Positions 29,499 through 39,898 of a stretch of 64,000 nt of DNA are shown here, one piece after another (the stretch's first letter is position 1; every line of letters starts with the position of its first letter). The notes below the pieces were generated by a model, which was not told the DNA's origin, searched no databases, and worked only from the letters and a program-made list of their open reading frames with translations. Source of the DNA: Candidatus Komeilibacteria bacterium (GTDB lineage: Bacteria; Patescibacteriota; Patescibacteriia; UBA1558; 2-01-FULL-52-15); assembly GCA_043801745.1 (NCBI GenBank), contig JAZDLR010000021.1, positions 6,018 through 70,017 on the forward strand, written 5' to 3'. Position numbers and translations under genes: made by a program.

Positions 29499-32400
29499 CT
29501 ACGCCCGTTCTTCCAGTTTCCAACTTCCGGCTCCAACTAATTGTTCCAAAGCTGATTGTAATTCTTGGCTGGCAGTAACGTGCAGATTAGTGCGGACTTT
29601 GCGGGTCTCGTGATTTTGAATAACTAAATAAACAGGTACCGGTCCCTGGTGCTGCTGACAAATTTCTTTGATGGCAGTTAATTTTTCCCGGGCAAAATTA
29701 GCCGGCAAGGTGAGCCAGACCTTGAGGTCGCGTAAGCGCGACTGCTGATATTTTTGTAAGGTTTCTTCGGTTAATTCTTTAACTGAATCGGCAATAATTT
29801 TCGGTACCCCATCTTTATCCGATACTTTACCTTCCACCATGACCAGTAAACTGTTACGCCAGGCAATAGCCGTACTTTGCAGTAATTTGGGAAAAATTAT
29901 GACTTCGGGTGAAGCTGTGCTATCTTCAATGGTAATAAAAAGCATGGGATCGCCGGCTTTGGTCACGACTTTGTGCACATTAGTAACTACGCCGGCCACT
30001 GTAACGCCGCGGCCATCGTGTTTTTTTAGATCACGCAGCGGAACAATGGCTTCTTTCAGCCAGGTCAGGTAGGGTTTAAAAGGATGATCGCTGACATAGA
30101 GGCCCAATAATTCCTTTTCCCAGGCCAGCCGTTGCCAGTTATCCGTGGCCGGAGCCGGTTCCAATTTTAAGCGGGCATTAATTTTTATGGGTAGGTCAGC
30201 GAATAAATTAGTAATACCGACCTTGCCATCGTTATGACTTTTTTTATTAAAGGTCAGTAGAGTTTCCAAGTTGGCCAACATTTGACCACGTTCGCCAAAA
30301 GCGTCTAAGGCTCCGGCTTTAATTAAACTTTCTAAGGATTTTTTATTCAAATCTTTATCAGTCACTCGTTGCAGGAAATTTTCCAGAGTCTGGTAAAAGC
30401 CATTGGTTTTTCTTTCGCGCACAATAGCTTTACTGATATGTTCGCCCACGTTTTTAATTGCATTTAAACCGAAACGCAAGGTACGGGGTTTTTCTTGAGG
30501 CTTGTCAGGATTCATCACAACGGAGAAAGTGCTGAAGCTTTCATTAACATCCGGCGGCAGCACAGCTAAGCCCATGGCCGAGCAGTCATTAACTTCTTTG
30601 GACACAGTTTCAATATCATGCAAATCAGCAGTCAGCAGGGCAGCCATGAATTGCGCCGGAAAATGCGCTTTAAGATAAGCCGTATGGAACGAAATCATGG
30701 CATAGGAGGCGGCGTGCGACCGGTTAAAGCCGTAACGGGCAAAGGGTACGATAAAATCCCAAATTTTTTGAGCAGTCTCGGCCGGTATATTGTTGGTTAC
30801 CATGCCTTTAATCAATAATTCTTCCTGCTCGTCCAGTAATTTTTTGATTTTTTTACCCACGGCTTTGCGTAGAATGTCGGCCTGACCATAAGTAAAGCCG
30901 GCCAGTTTGCGGGCAATTTCCATGATCTGTTCCTGATAGACTGCGATACCATAAGTATTAGCCAGTATCGGCTCCAGCTCCGGATGCAGATAGGTAATTT
31001 TTCTGGTGCCGTGTTTGCCACCAATATATTCTTCAATAAATTCCATCGGGCCTGGGCGGTAGAGGGAGATCATAGCAATAATATCTTCAATAGAAGTTGG
31101 TTTCAGCTGTTTCAAGTAGCGGGTCATGCCGCTGGATTCTAGCTGGAAGATGCCGCGCGTATCGCCCCGCTGCAATAGTTGGAAGGTGGTCGGATCATCC
31201 AACGGAATGGCGTCGAGCTTAATTTCAGTACCCGTGGTAGCGCGGATAATATCCAGAGCGTTTTCAATAATAGTGAGATTTTTCAAGCCCAAAAAATCCA
31301 TTTTCAATAAACCCAGATCTTCTACCGGATGCATGGAATACTGCGAGATAATGGAAGTATCGTCTGAGCTGGAATATTGTAAGGGTACATAATTGACCAG
31401 AGCATCTTTGGTGATCAGCACGGCGCAGGCATGGGTCGAAGCGTGTCGGGCCACACCTTCCAGTTGACGCGCGGCGTCAATCAGGCGTTTGGCTTGCTCA
31501 TCTTCCTGGTAGACTTCCTGTAATTCTTTAACTTTGGCCAAAGCATCGCTCAAAGTGCTCATCAGCGGAATTAATTTAGCAATACGGTCACAGTAACTGT
31601 AGCCAAAATCCAATACGCGGCCGACATCGCGGATCGCCGCCCGGGCCGCCATAGTACCGAAAGTGATGATTTGTGCCACGCGGTCATGACCGTATTTAGT
31701 TTCGACGTATTTTAAGACTTCTTCCCGCCGCACGTCGGCAAAGTCCATATCAATATCCGGCATAGATACGCGTTCCGGATTTAAGAAACGTTCAAACAGC
31801 AGTTTGTAGGTTATGGGATCAACATTGGTGATGTTAAGCAAGTAGGAGACAATACTGCCGGCGGCGCTGCCACGTCCGGGTCCGACCACGATGCCATTTT
31901 TTTTAGCCCAGTTAACAAAATCCTGCACAATTAAAAAATAAGCCGCAAAGCCGGTTTTGGAAATGATATCCAGCTCATAATCCAGCCGGTCCTTGAGTTC
32001 TTGAGGCGCAGTTTCATAGCTGGTCTGATAGCGCGCCGGTAAGCCCTGATAGGTTAATTGACGCAGGTAATCTTCCGGTGTCAAGCCATTAGGTACTTCA
32101 AATTCGGGCAAATTAATCTTGCCTAATTCAATTTCCAGATTACAGCGTTCGGCGATGGCAGCCGTATTACTGATGGCTTCGGGTGTGTTGGTAAAATTGG
32201 CGCCCATGTCTTCGGCTGACAGCAGAGAATAGTCTTCGCCAATATAGCTTAAGCGGTCTTTGTCGGTAATTTTACTCTTAGTCTGTAGACAGATCAGAAT
32301 GTCGTGAGCTAAAGAATCTTCAGACCGAGCATAATGCACATCGTTGGTGGCTACCAGAGGTAAACGGTGCTTCTTACTAAGACGGATTAATCCGCTGTTG

Positions 32401-32951
32401 ACTAGGCTTTGTTCCGGCATAGTGGGCCGGTTTTGCATTTCCAGATAAAAATTATCTGAACCAAAAATTTTTACAATTTTTTGTAGATTCAGTTCAGCCT
32501 GCTGATCGTCATTTTGCGCCAGGTGGCGGGCTAGGGGACCATTGAGACAACCGGAAAGAGCAATTAAGCCGTCAGAATATTGCTCTAGTAGCTGCCAATC
32601 AATACGCGGTTTATAATAAAATCCCTGCAGATGAGCTATAGAGGTGAGCTGCAATAAATTTTTATAACCGGTTTTATTTTTAGCCAGTAAAGTCAGATGA
32701 TAAGGCCGTTCGCGGCTAGGCTGGTCCTGGATGGATTCATTGGCCAGATAAGCTTCCATGCCAATGATGGGTTTAATTCCGGCTTTGAGGCACTTCTGAT
32801 AAAATTCAATAGCGCCGTACATGACGCCGTGATCTGTCAGGGCTAAGGCGGTCATGTTCAGGTCTTTGGCTCGGCTGATCAACTGATCAATTTTGCCTAG
32901 GCCATCAAGCAGACTGAAATGTGAGTGGACGTGGAGGTGAGTAAATTCCAT
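29499..32951 (-). CDS. dnaE: DNA polymerase III alpha subunit
   Basis: N-terminal PHP domain ('HLHVHSHFSLLDG', 'ALTDHGVMYG'), polymerase core, OB fold. 1150 aa. Confidence 0.9.
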   Translation of the reverse strand: MEFTHLHVHSHFSLLDGLGKIDQLISRAKDLNMTALALTDHGVMYGAIEFYQKCLKAGIKPIIGMEAYLANESIQDQPSRERPYHLTLLAKNKTGYKNLLQLTSIAHLQGFYYKPRIDWQLLEQYSDGLIALSGCLNGPLARHLAQNDDQQAELNLQKIVKIFGSDNFYLEMQNRPTMPEQSLVNSGLIRLSKKHRLPLVATNDVHYARSEDSLAHDILICLQTKSKITDKDRLSYIGEDYSLLSAEDMGANFTNTPEAISNTAAIAERCNLEIELGKINLPEFEVPNGLTPEDYLRQLTYQGLPARYQTSYETAPQELKDRLDYELDIISKTGFAAYFLIVQDFVNWAKKNGIVVGPGRGSAAGSIVSYLLNITNVDPITYKLLFERFLNPERVSMPDIDMDFADVRREEVLKYVETKYGHDRVAQIITFGTMAARAAIRDVGRVLDFGYSYCDRIAKLIPLMSTLSDALAKVKELQEVYQEDEQAKRLIDAARQLEGVARHASTHACAVLITKDALVNYVPLQYSSSDDTSIISQYSMHPVEDLGLLKMDFLGLKNLTIIENALDIIRATTGTEIKLDAIPLDDPTTFQLLQRGDTRGIFQLESSGMTRYLKQLKPTSIEDIIAMISLYRPGPMEFIEEYIGGKHGTRKITYLHPELEPILANTYGIAVYQEQIMEIARKLAGFTYGQADILRKAVGKKIKKLLDEQEELLIKGMVTNNIPAETAQKIWDFIVPFARYGFNRSHAASYAMISFHTAYLKAHFPAQFMAALLTADLHDIETVSKEVNDCSAMGLAVLPPDVNESFSTFSVVMNPDKPQEKPRTLRFGLNAIKNVGEHISKAIVRERKTNGFYQTLENFLQRVTDKDLNKKSLESLIKAGALDAFGERGQMLANLETLLTFNKKSHNDGKVGITNLFADLPIKINARLKLEPAPATDNWQRLAWEKELLGLYVSDHPFKPYLTWLKEAIVPLRDLKKHDGRGVTVAGVVTNVHKVVTKAGDPMLFITIEDSTASPEVIIFPKLLQSTAIAWRNSLLVMVEGKVSDKDGVPKIIADSVKELTEETLQKYQQSRLRDLKVWLTLPANFAREKLTAIKEICQQHQGPVPVYLVIQNHETRKVRTNLHVTASQELQSALEQLVGAGSWKLEERA

Positions 32952-33022
32952 AAGTGTAAACCGAATTCCCGCCTAAGACAGGGGGAGTAAGAGCACAATC
33001 GTGAATATAATTAATTACCCGC

Positions 33023-33072
33023 TTACGCTCCTCGTCGAGCTAAGCTCGATCGGAGCTTCAGCGGGTTCGTCT
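33023..33072 (-). terminator. Terminator hairpin (ACCCGCT...AGCGGGT with inner TCGAGCTTAGCTCGA palindrome)
   Basis: Long stem followed on the minus strand by an AT-rich stretch. The same TCGAGCTTAGCTCGATC palindrome recurs at 33527. Confidence 0.45.
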
Positions 33073-33155
33073 TTTCTTCATATTCACCTGGTGAATATTC
33101 GAAACAGACGAAAAATCCGGCCATTAACAAGCAGGAAATTATGAAGAGCTGTTGT

Positions 33156-33473
33156 TTATTTTTCTTTTTCTTCTGACTGCCGTTTGCCGCGTTTAGATTT
33201 CTTGTCAGTAAATTTCTCAATTACAGATTTAAGTTCAGCTCCACCGCGGATAATCAGGGGGATGTAGGTGGCCAGATCTTCAGTTTTACGGCGCATAGCC
33301 TGGGTGGCTTCGTGAATTGAGCTGGTAATAGCTTCCACCCGGTTGATAATGCGGCTGGTTTTACGCAGGAAATTAACCACATAAAACATCATCCAGCAGA
33401 GGAAGAAGGTAATGGCTACGGCGCAGATTGCCAGCACAAGCCAGAAAATATCCAAGGTAGTGTTGATGACCAT
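33156..33473 (-). CDS. DUF948-like small membrane protein
   Basis: N-terminal TM followed by a charged coiled region and a Lys-rich tail. Confidence 0.45.
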   Translation of the reverse strand: MVINTTLDIFWLVLAICAVAITFFLCWMMFYVVNFLRKTSRIINRVEAITSSIHEATQAMRRKTEDLATYIPLIIRGGAELKSVIEKFTDKKSKRGKRQSEEKEK

Positions 33474-33613
33474 AAGTTCAACTGGAATTATAGCACAAAT
33501 TAGGCATTAGGAAATAGGCGTTAGTCGAGCTTAGCTCGATCAGGTTGTAGTCAGAGGGGGGATTTACTAAGAACCTAATGCCCAATTCCTAACGCCTATG
33601 CTATAATTAACTC

Positions 33614-34489
33614 ATGCCCATAAATGTTAGTGACCAACAACTTGAGCGGTCATTGCTGATTGCGCGGCATAAATTACGCATCCGCTGGTCAATATTGGCA
33701 GCCCTGCTTTTAGTGGCTACACTTTCTTTGCTGTTTGCTGCTAATGGTCTATTAGCTTATTTTTCCCAGTCAGATAGTTATAACCGTTCAATGTCGCAAC
33801 TGTGGCATCCGGGAACTGATTGGGCAGCGGTGCATCAGCAGCAGAAGCCGCAGTCTTTGGTTATTGGCGCGGCTTATGTCTGGCCGCGGGGTAATGGCCG
33901 CTATGATCTGGCAGCTGAAGTCAGTAATCCTAATGCTCATTGGGGCGTGCAGCAACTGGATTATCAATTTTTTCGTGACAATGACGTCGTGGCTCAGGGT
34001 AGTACCACATTACTGCCAAGTCAGAGTCGTTTACTTACAGTCTTAGGCCAAACAGCTTCATCAACATTAGACACTATTGATGGCATACGTTTGACTAAAA
34101 CCAATTGGCGTTATATTCCGGACGATTCTTCTGGCTGGTGGCCCTTTAGCACTGAACCGCAATTTCAGGCCAGGACAGTTAGTGGTGACGGCAGTGGTGG
34201 AGGAGTGACGACTCTGCCGCGGGTGTCCTGGGAAGCGATGAATAACACTAAAATAAATCTGCGTCAGGTTGTCTGGCAAATAATCTTGCGCACCAGTGAT
34301 CGGGTGGATCAGGTTATTGAATATACTGCCAACAATGTGGCTTTTGGGGTGCTGCGTCGTTATGAGGTGGGGATAGCTTCAGACGTTGGTCGGCCGGATA
34401 CTATTAGTGTGCTACCGATTAGTGATGTTTATAATTCGGACAATAGCTATTCGCCGGTTCCGATAGATCCCTTATTACCTAACCGCTAG
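33614..34489 (+). CDS. Hypothetical membrane-anchored protein
   Basis: 291-aa ORF with an N-terminal TM ('WSILAALLLVATLSLLFAANGLLAYF'). Confidence 0.45.
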   Translation: MPINVSDQQLERSLLIARHKLRIRWSILAALLLVATLSLLFAANGLLAYFSQSDSYNRSMSQLWHPGTDWAAVHQQQKPQSLVIGAAYVWPRGNGRYDLAAEVSNPNAHWGVQQLDYQFFRDNDVVAQGSTTLLPSQSRLLTVLGQTASSTLDTIDGIRLTKTNWRYIPDDSSGWWPFSTEPQFQARTVSGDGSGGGVTTLPRVSWEAMNNTKINLRQVVWQIILRTSDRVDQVIEYTANNVAFGVLRRYEVGIASDVGRPDTISVLPISDVYNSDNSYSPVPIDPLLPNR

Positions 34490-34539
34490 GCAGTTACCTG
34501 GCCGTTGACTAGATCAGGTGACTTGGCTACAGTAGAGTT

Positions 34540-35637
34540 ATGTATCAGTGGCTAGCTTTCGCCAGAAAATTTGACTGGCTGCTAACGGCAGCAGTTTTAT
34601 TTTTGATTTTTTTCGGTTTATTGATGATGTACAGCTTTGGACTCAATGACCCGGCCAGTCACTATATTCTTTTTAAGAAGCAGCTACTTTTCGCAGTTGT
34701 GGGCTTGATTCTCTATGCCCTGGTGGCCAATATGAATCACCGCATCTGGCAGACTTTTAGTAAATTAATCTACTGGTTATTTGCCTTGGTATTAATTTTA
34801 GTGGTTTTATTTGGCCGGACCATTAATGGCACCACTGGTTGGCTGCAGATAGCCGGCTTTGGTTTACAGCCAGTGGAGTTTGCCAAAGTGGCGGTCGTTA
34901 TTTTTTTAGCCAAATATTTTAGCCAGTACGCGCGGGAATTTTTTCTCTGGCGGCATGTCATTATTAGCGGCGCCAGTGTTCTCTTGATTGTTGGCTTAAT
35001 TCTATTACAGCCGGATTTGGGTTCGGCTATGGTAATTTTAGCCAGCTGGATTTTAATGTTGTTAATTGTAGGTGTGAAGAAATCTCATTTAGCGACTATT
35101 CTGATAATTTTTGTCGTAGTGGCTTTAGCCGGCTGGCTGTGGGTGCTGCAGCCGTATCAGAAGCAGCGTATTATCACTTTTGTTAATCCACAGTCAGATC
35201 CTTTGGACCGCGGTTATAATGTTCGTCAGTCGATTATTGCTGTTGGTTCCGGCCAGCTGATTGGCCGCGGCTATGCGCTGGGTTCGCAGAGTCAGCTGCA
35301 TTTCTTGCCGGAACCGGAAACAGATTTTATTTTCGCTGTTATTGGCGAGGAGTTTGGTTTGGTCGGAATTACCCTAATTCTGCTGGCTTATGCGGCGATT
35401 TTATATCGTTTGACGGTAATTGCCAATAAAACACGGGATAATTACGCGGCCTATTACTGTCTGGGTTTGGGCGCGGTTTTGTTGGTGCAGATTTTTATTA
35501 ACGTGGGAATGAACATGGGTATTGCTCCGGTAACGGGAATTCCCTTGCCCTTTCTTAGCGCCGGCGGCAGTTCCATGATTGCTATTTTGATTGCCTTAGC
35601 AATGGTCAATAATATGGGAGCGGAGAATAGGAATTAG
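34540..35637 (+). CDS. SEDS-family peptidoglycan glycosyltransferase (FtsW/RodA)
   Basis: Polytopic, 'GFGLQPVEFAKVAVVIFLAKYF', 'PEPETDFIFAVIGEEFG', 'IPLPFLSAGGSS'. Confidence 0.8.
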   Translation: MYQWLAFARKFDWLLTAAVLFLIFFGLLMMYSFGLNDPASHYILFKKQLLFAVVGLILYALVANMNHRIWQTFSKLIYWLFALVLILVVLFGRTINGTTGWLQIAGFGLQPVEFAKVAVVIFLAKYFSQYAREFFLWRHVIISGASVLLIVGLILLQPDLGSAMVILASWILMLLIVGVKKSHLATILIIFVVVALAGWLWVLQPYQKQRIITFVNPQSDPLDRGYNVRQSIIAVGSGQLIGRGYALGSQSQLHFLPEPETDFIFAVIGEEFGLVGITLILLAYAAILYRLTVIANKTRDNYAAYYCLGLGAVLLVQIFINVGMNMGIAPVTGIPLPFLSAGGSSMIAILIALAMVNNMGAENRN

Positions 35638-35783
35638 GTTGTAGGTTTTGGGAATTAGGTTGTAGGCATTAGGCGTTAGCTTCTTAGCAGGTCTTCATCC
35701 GGCTACAACCTAAAGCCTAATTCCTGATTAGATCTTGACTTGGTTCTATAACTATGATTAAATAGTGGCCTAAACTTATATTT

Positions 35784-36476
35784 ATGCAATATACATTAAA
35801 GGCAGAAAAGCGGGAAATTGGTACGCCGTCAGCTTTGAATGAGCTGCGCGCAGCCAAAAAGATCCCGGGAATTATTTATGGCCACGGTACTGAACCGCTG
35901 ACTATTGCAGTTGATTATTTGGCGTTTAGCCGCTTAGTTACCCAGGCCGGTGAAAGCAGCTTGGTGACCATGGAAATCCCCGGTGTTGAGCCTTTCAGCG
36001 TGCTGATTAAGGATGTTCAATATGATCCGGTTAAGGATAGGGTGATTCATTTTGATTTACACCGCATCCGCATGGATGAAGAGGTGAAAGCCGAAGTTAA
36101 ATTGGTTTTTGTCGGCGAATCCCCGGCAGTCAAAGAAATGGGCGCCAATTTAGTTACAAATATGGACCACGTCAGAGTGGAATGTTTGCCCAAAGATTTG
36201 CCGCACGAGTTATCAGTTGATTTGTCCGGTTTGAAAGAAATTGGTGATGCTATTTCTATTGCTGATTTGAAAATACCAACCGGCGTTAAGGTTGTCGATG
36301 AAGCTGAATTGACCATTGTTTCTGTCATGCATGTGAAGGAAGAGAAAGTTCCTGAAGGTCCGGTGGAAACCGTGGTGGCTGAAGCTGTTAAACAGGGCGC
36401 TGAAGCTGAGCCGGCTGTTGAAGGTGATAAGAAGGAAGGTAAGAGAGAGGAAAAGAAGGAAGGGAAGAAAGAGTAG
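35784..36476 (+). CDS. rplY: 50S ribosomal protein L25 / general stress protein Ctc
   Basis: 'LKAEKREIGTPSALNELRAAKKIPGIIYGHGTEP' with a C-terminal Lys/Glu-rich tail. Confidence 0.85.
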   Translation: MQYTLKAEKREIGTPSALNELRAAKKIPGIIYGHGTEPLTIAVDYLAFSRLVTQAGESSLVTMEIPGVEPFSVLIKDVQYDPVKDRVIHFDLHRIRMDEEVKAEVKLVFVGESPAVKEMGANLVTNMDHVRVECLPKDLPHELSVDLSGLKEIGDAISIADLKIPTGVKVVDEAELTIVSVMHVKEEKVPEGPVETVVAEAVKQGAEAEPAVEGDKKEGKREEKKEGKKE

Positions 36477-36587
36477 TTTGGTAGATTGGTAGTTTGGTAG
36501 TTGAGCGGGGCGAGTTGGAAAAGATAGTTTGAATTTTTTAAACCGTTGGGTGTGGGACGCTAAGCGTCCTAAACTTGGCGGTTTTTT

Positions 36588-36805
36588 GTTAACTCCCCTT
36601 GTCACTGAAACTCCCTCTGTCTCCCTCTTGTTAAGAGGGAGAACCTTCTCATAGCGTGCCCCTCTTGAAAAGAGGGGACAGGGGAGTTAGTAAGTCGAAG
36701 CCAGTTTTTCAATAACCCCTCTTAGTCTCCCCTTATACTAAGGGGAGAAACTCTTTATCAGGGTTTCCCCCTCTTAAAGTAAGAGGGGAACAAGGGGAGT
36801 TATTT
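36588..36805. repeat. Two tandem MITE-like hairpin elements (TIR TAACTCCCCTTG...CAAGGGGAGTTA; modules CTCCCC-loop-GGGGAG)
   Basis: TAACTCCCCTTGTC at 36588. Its reverse complement occurs at 36676 and 36793. Internal hairpins CTCCCTCTTGTTAAGAGGGAG and CCCCTCTTGAAAAGAGGGG. Confidence 0.45.
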
Positions 36806-36837
36806 GAGATAGAAAAACTCCGTAAATTTAATAGCGC

Positions 36838-36882
36838 CGCGCTTCTATCGATGTTCTGATAGATGCGCGGCGCTGTGTTTCT
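36838..36882 (-). terminator. Intrinsic terminator of the GC-rich island operon
   Basis: AGCGCCGCGC...GCGCGGCGCT 10-bp stem, then ATTAAATTTACGGAGTTTTT on the minus strand, just after the stop of 36900-37673. Confidence 0.55.
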
Positions 36883-36899
36883 CACCTCGTGAAGAGGTG

Positions 36900-37673
36900 T
36901 TACTCGGCGGTCAGATCGGCCAGGACCTGCCCCCAGTCCTTGCGGTCCTGGCGAACGTCGTCCTGCTTGCCGGTTCCCTTGCAGGTTCTGCACTTGCCCA
37001 CATCTTCGTGGCAGCCATTGCACTCGCCATCGACATACTCGTCGTGGCGCTGGCCGGAGCCGTGGCAGTATTGGCATTTGCCGGAGCCGTAACAGTACTC
37101 ACAGTCCTTCTGGCCGAGAACTTCGCGGTAGAAGGGAGTGTGCACGAACATGACCTTGGCCCCGTTGACCCCGAAGTTGGGCTTGAAGCCCTCACGATAG
37201 TAGGACGTTCCAAGATGATCGATGGCGGCGCTCATCGCGCCCTTATGGTGGTTGGTGTCCGTGACCATGGCCACGAACTTGGCGCCGACTTTGGCCGCCT
37301 TCAGGGCTATGATGAAGCCGTATGGCACCTGCTCGGCGGGATGGTAGGCCTCCGAAGCAAGCGTCTGCCTGCTCATCGGCATCATCATGTCGGTGAGCAC
37401 CACATCGAACGGGAAAGGAACCACCGACTTGGCTTCTGCCTCGCGGTGGGCCTTCCAGAAAGCCTTCCATTCCTCGTCACCACCATTCCGGTCGGGCGTG
37501 GCCGGGAAGCCGGCCTCGGTCATGAGGCGCGTGACGTTCTCGTCGTCGATCTTCTTGGCCATGAGTCCCATGGCAGCATCGAAGGAGTCGACGATGGTCA
37601 CATCGTGACCAGCGAGGGAGTCGCGGGCCGACTGACGATGCATTTCCTTGTCTTCGACCACCAGAATTTTCAT
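36900..37673 (-). CDS. Receiver (REC) domain protein fused to a DnaJ-type (CxxCxGxG)x4 zinc finger; about 60% GC
   Basis: 'MKILVVEDKE' acidic pocket and 'DVVLTDMMMP' phospho-acceptor context. C-terminus 'CEYCYGSGKCQYCHGSG...CNGCHEDVGKCRTCKGTG'. The antisense low-complexity ORFs are rejected. Confidence 0.6.
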   Translation of the reverse strand: MKILVVEDKEMHRQSARDSLAGHDVTIVDSFDAAMGLMAKKIDDENVTRLMTEAGFPATPDRNGGDEEWKAFWKAHREAEAKSVVPFPFDVVLTDMMMPMSRQTLASEAYHPAEQVPYGFIIALKAAKVGAKFVAMVTDTNHHKGAMSAAIDHLGTSYYREGFKPNFGVNGAKVMFVHTPFYREVLGQKDCEYCYGSGKCQYCHGSGQRHDEYVDGECNGCHEDVGKCRTCKGTGKQDDVRQDRKDWGQVLADLTAE

Positions 37674-37899
37674 CTCTTCTCCTCATTGCCCGATCAGGGG
37701 CGTGGGGGTTTACGAACTCGTTGTCTTGAAGTTTATATTAACCGCGCAAAAGCACGGTTGATGTTTAAAGAACTTTTCGGATCACTTGAGCATACTAAGT
37801 TTTAGTTACTATGCTCGAGTGATCCCCCCGTCTAATCTTTCGACTAGACGAGGGGTATTGCTGGCGGTCGCGTTGCGCGGCGCGGGTCATGATGGTCGC

Positions 37900-38313
37900 C
37901 TACTGCTTCATGATGAAGCTTTCGGCCGCCCACTTCCACTGGGGCGTGCCTCTCTTGTAGACTTCCACGAAAGCCCGCGGGATGTACTTCCGGGGACAGG
38001 TATAGTCGCCGGTAAGGGCGTGCCCTTTCCCCCAGTAGTGGATCGAGCCATCATCCTTGATGTGGGCGATGGCGACGATCAGGCCGTCGTTCCGGCGGAG
38101 CAGGTCTCCGACCTGCAGGCTGTCTACCTCGGCTTGAGTGATGCCGTCGGTGGAGTTGACGTCGACTGCGGCGGAGGCCGGCGCCGGGTGGGTGGAGTGG
38201 TTCTTGGTACTGTCGCGAGGCAAGATCCAGATGAACACCAGCACTGCTGCAATTAAGAATATGATCACAGCCTGAAAGGGCGTGAGACCCATATTCTTCG
38301 GGCTCTCTTGCAT
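37900..38313 (-). CDS. Membrane-anchored hypothetical protein, paralog 1 (C-terminal ...AFVEVYKRGTPQWKWAAESF)
   Basis: RBS AAGGAGAAAGAGTC-ATG. TM helix, then a Pro/Ala/Ser linker and a roughly 80-aa domain shared with the next gene. Confidence 0.5.
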   Translation of the reverse strand: MQESPKNMGLTPFQAVIIFLIAAVLVFIWILPRDSTKNHSTHPAPASAAVDVNSTDGITQAEVDSLQVGDLLRRNDGLIVAIAHIKDDGSIHYWGKGHALTGDYTCPRKYIPRAFVEVYKRGTPQWKWAAESFIMKQ

Positions 38314-38357
38314 GACTCTTTCTCCTTCTTGCCCATCAGCTGATGGACGGTGGAAGT

Positions 38358-38741
38358 TTACTGGGCGAAGTACCGTTCGGCAGCCCAGATCCAGCCCGGC
38401 TCACCCTTCTTGTAGACAGCGATGAACCTGGTGTCGACTTGGCCGAGCGGGCAGAGCATGGGGGCCGTGTGGTGGCCTTGGTACTCGATGTTGCCGGTTT
38501 TGAGATTCGACCAACTTGGCCGATACTCCACGACCATTGAGTCGGTAGTCAGGAACAGCTTGCCGGGTGTGAAATCCAGGAAGTCGTTCCTGGTGACCGT
38601 GACGGAATTGACGGCGACCGCGGCGGACACCGGCGCCGGCTGGGTGGGGCGTTGCATGGCCGCTATGACAACCCAGGTTACCAATCCCACAGCTATTGCT
38701 GTGCCTATCATGGCATACGGGCCGAGCATTTTTTGGCTCAC
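38358..38741 (-). CDS. Membrane-anchored hypothetical protein, paralog 2 (C-terminal ...FIAVYKKGEPGWIWAAERYF), GTG start
   Basis: An identical upstream block 'CTGATGGGCAAGAAGGAGAAAG' precedes a GTG at 38741. Same architecture as 37900-38313. Confidence 0.45.
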   Translation of the reverse strand: MSQKMLGPYAMIGTAIAVGLVTWVVIAAMQRPTQPAPVSAAVAVNSVTVTRNDFLDFTPGKLFLTTDSMVVEYRPSWSNLKTGNIEYQGHHTAPMLCPLGQVDTRFIAVYKKGEPGWIWAAERYFAQ

Positions 38742-39183
38742 GACACTTTCTCCTTCTTGCCCATCAGCTCCGTCGGTTGGCGGATGGCTGGGGCGGTGAG
38801 GGTAAATTGAAAACTGATTCCTACTCACACAACTGAAGACAGGAGTTGATTGCTATCAACCAAAGGTCAATAGCATGGGCTTTACCTCTACGAGAGAAGG
38901 AAACCCGGCAAACAAGATTCGGGCAGTAACTAGATAAATCCAGTTGCGGCCACAAATACAAGTTCGCAAAATATCAGCAACCTGCCTCCATCTGTGTGAG
39001 TAGGAACGTTTAGTGGAATTAATCGCGTCAAATCACGTTAAACGTGACTAGCGCGATTTTAGTTTCAAGGAACTGACTTTGAATTAGTCACTTCTAAGCT
39101 TTCAACCAGTTAAAAGTTTAGAAGTGAGGAGGAGGAAAACAGCTGATGCTGTCTGCCTCCTCCTTGTGCCCATACGATCGGGA

Positions 39184-39471
39184 CTAGACCGGGATGAAGT
39201 GGTCGTTGTCCGCGTCGTCCCATTCGTTGGGGTCGCCGCAGGACACGCCGGTGGCGGTCCAGGCGGGGAGGAAGTTGATGGTCACCGGCAGCAGGTCGGA
39301 ACAGGTGTCGGCAGAGACGATTCGGGCCCACCGCCTTTCGATCCGCCGGAGGTGGTTCAGGGTCCAGTCATCAACGCTGTTCCAGAACTTCCACCCCTTC
39401 TCACCACCGAAGCGGTGAGACTGGGGCCTGAACTTCTTTCCGCGGCCGGGCAGTCTGACGAAAACGCGCAT
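39184..39471 (-). CDS. Hypothetical 95-aa Trp-rich protein of the GC-rich island
   Basis: RBS AAAGGTGG-5-ATG at 39471. The antisense ORF is Gly/Val/Pro low-complexity. Confidence 0.4.
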   Translation of the reverse strand: MRVFVRLPGRGKKFRPQSHRFGGEKGWKFWNSVDDWTLNHLRRIERRWARIVSADTCSDLLPVTINFLPAWTATGVSCGDPNEWDDADNDHFIPV

Positions 39472-39651
39472 TTCTGCCACCTTTCTTTTGTGGAGGATGA
39501 CAAAAACCCGTGAAAAAACTAAATTGATCTCAAGGTACACTTTGTCGTATCGAGCGTTGCTCGACAGCGACTCATCTAAACTTACATCTCTTGATATAAA
39601 CTTGGATGAGCGCGCGAGTCCCGAAGGACCTCGCGCGGCGGAGACTAGCAC

Positions 39652-39819
39652 CTAGCGCCGGTTGATGGCCTTGATGATTTCCTGGGCCGAGATGTCGATC
39701 TGAGTGACGACTGCCAGGATTCCGGCAATCACGCCCGGCCCGATCAGGAAGTCGCACACCGGAAAAATCGCAGCGAACATGAAGCAAGTTGCTGACAGGA
39801 AAGCAAGAATGAAGGGCAT
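39652..39819 (-). CDS. Hypothetical 55-aa hydrophobic peptide (MPFILAFLSATCFMFAAIFPVCDFLIGPGVIAGILAVVTQIDISAQEIIKAINRR)
   Basis: Hand-translated. RBS AAGGAGACTATC-ATG. First gene downstream of the consensus promoter at 39899-39927. Not in the supplied ORF track. Confidence 0.35.
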   Translation of the reverse strand: MPFILAFLSATCFMFAAIFPVCDFLIGPGVIAGILAVVTQIDISAQEIIKAINRR

Positions 39820-39898
39820 GATAGTCTCCTTATTGGCGTCGCCCTATGGGCGAGCCGGTCAAGGTACGTCATAAGCTAACCTTAGCCTAGAATATAGT

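Noticed and set aside
36897-39513. Long plus-strand ORFs in the GC-rich island (36897-37805, 37786-38256, 38422-38799, 39124-39513) and nested minus ORFs 36911-37213, 37243-37470, 37477-37686
   Set aside because: They are antisense or out-of-frame to ORFs with clear REC, CxxC and TM features and good RBSs. Their translations are Gly/Val/Pro/Ala/Arg low-complexity, typical of spurious frames in high-GC DNA.
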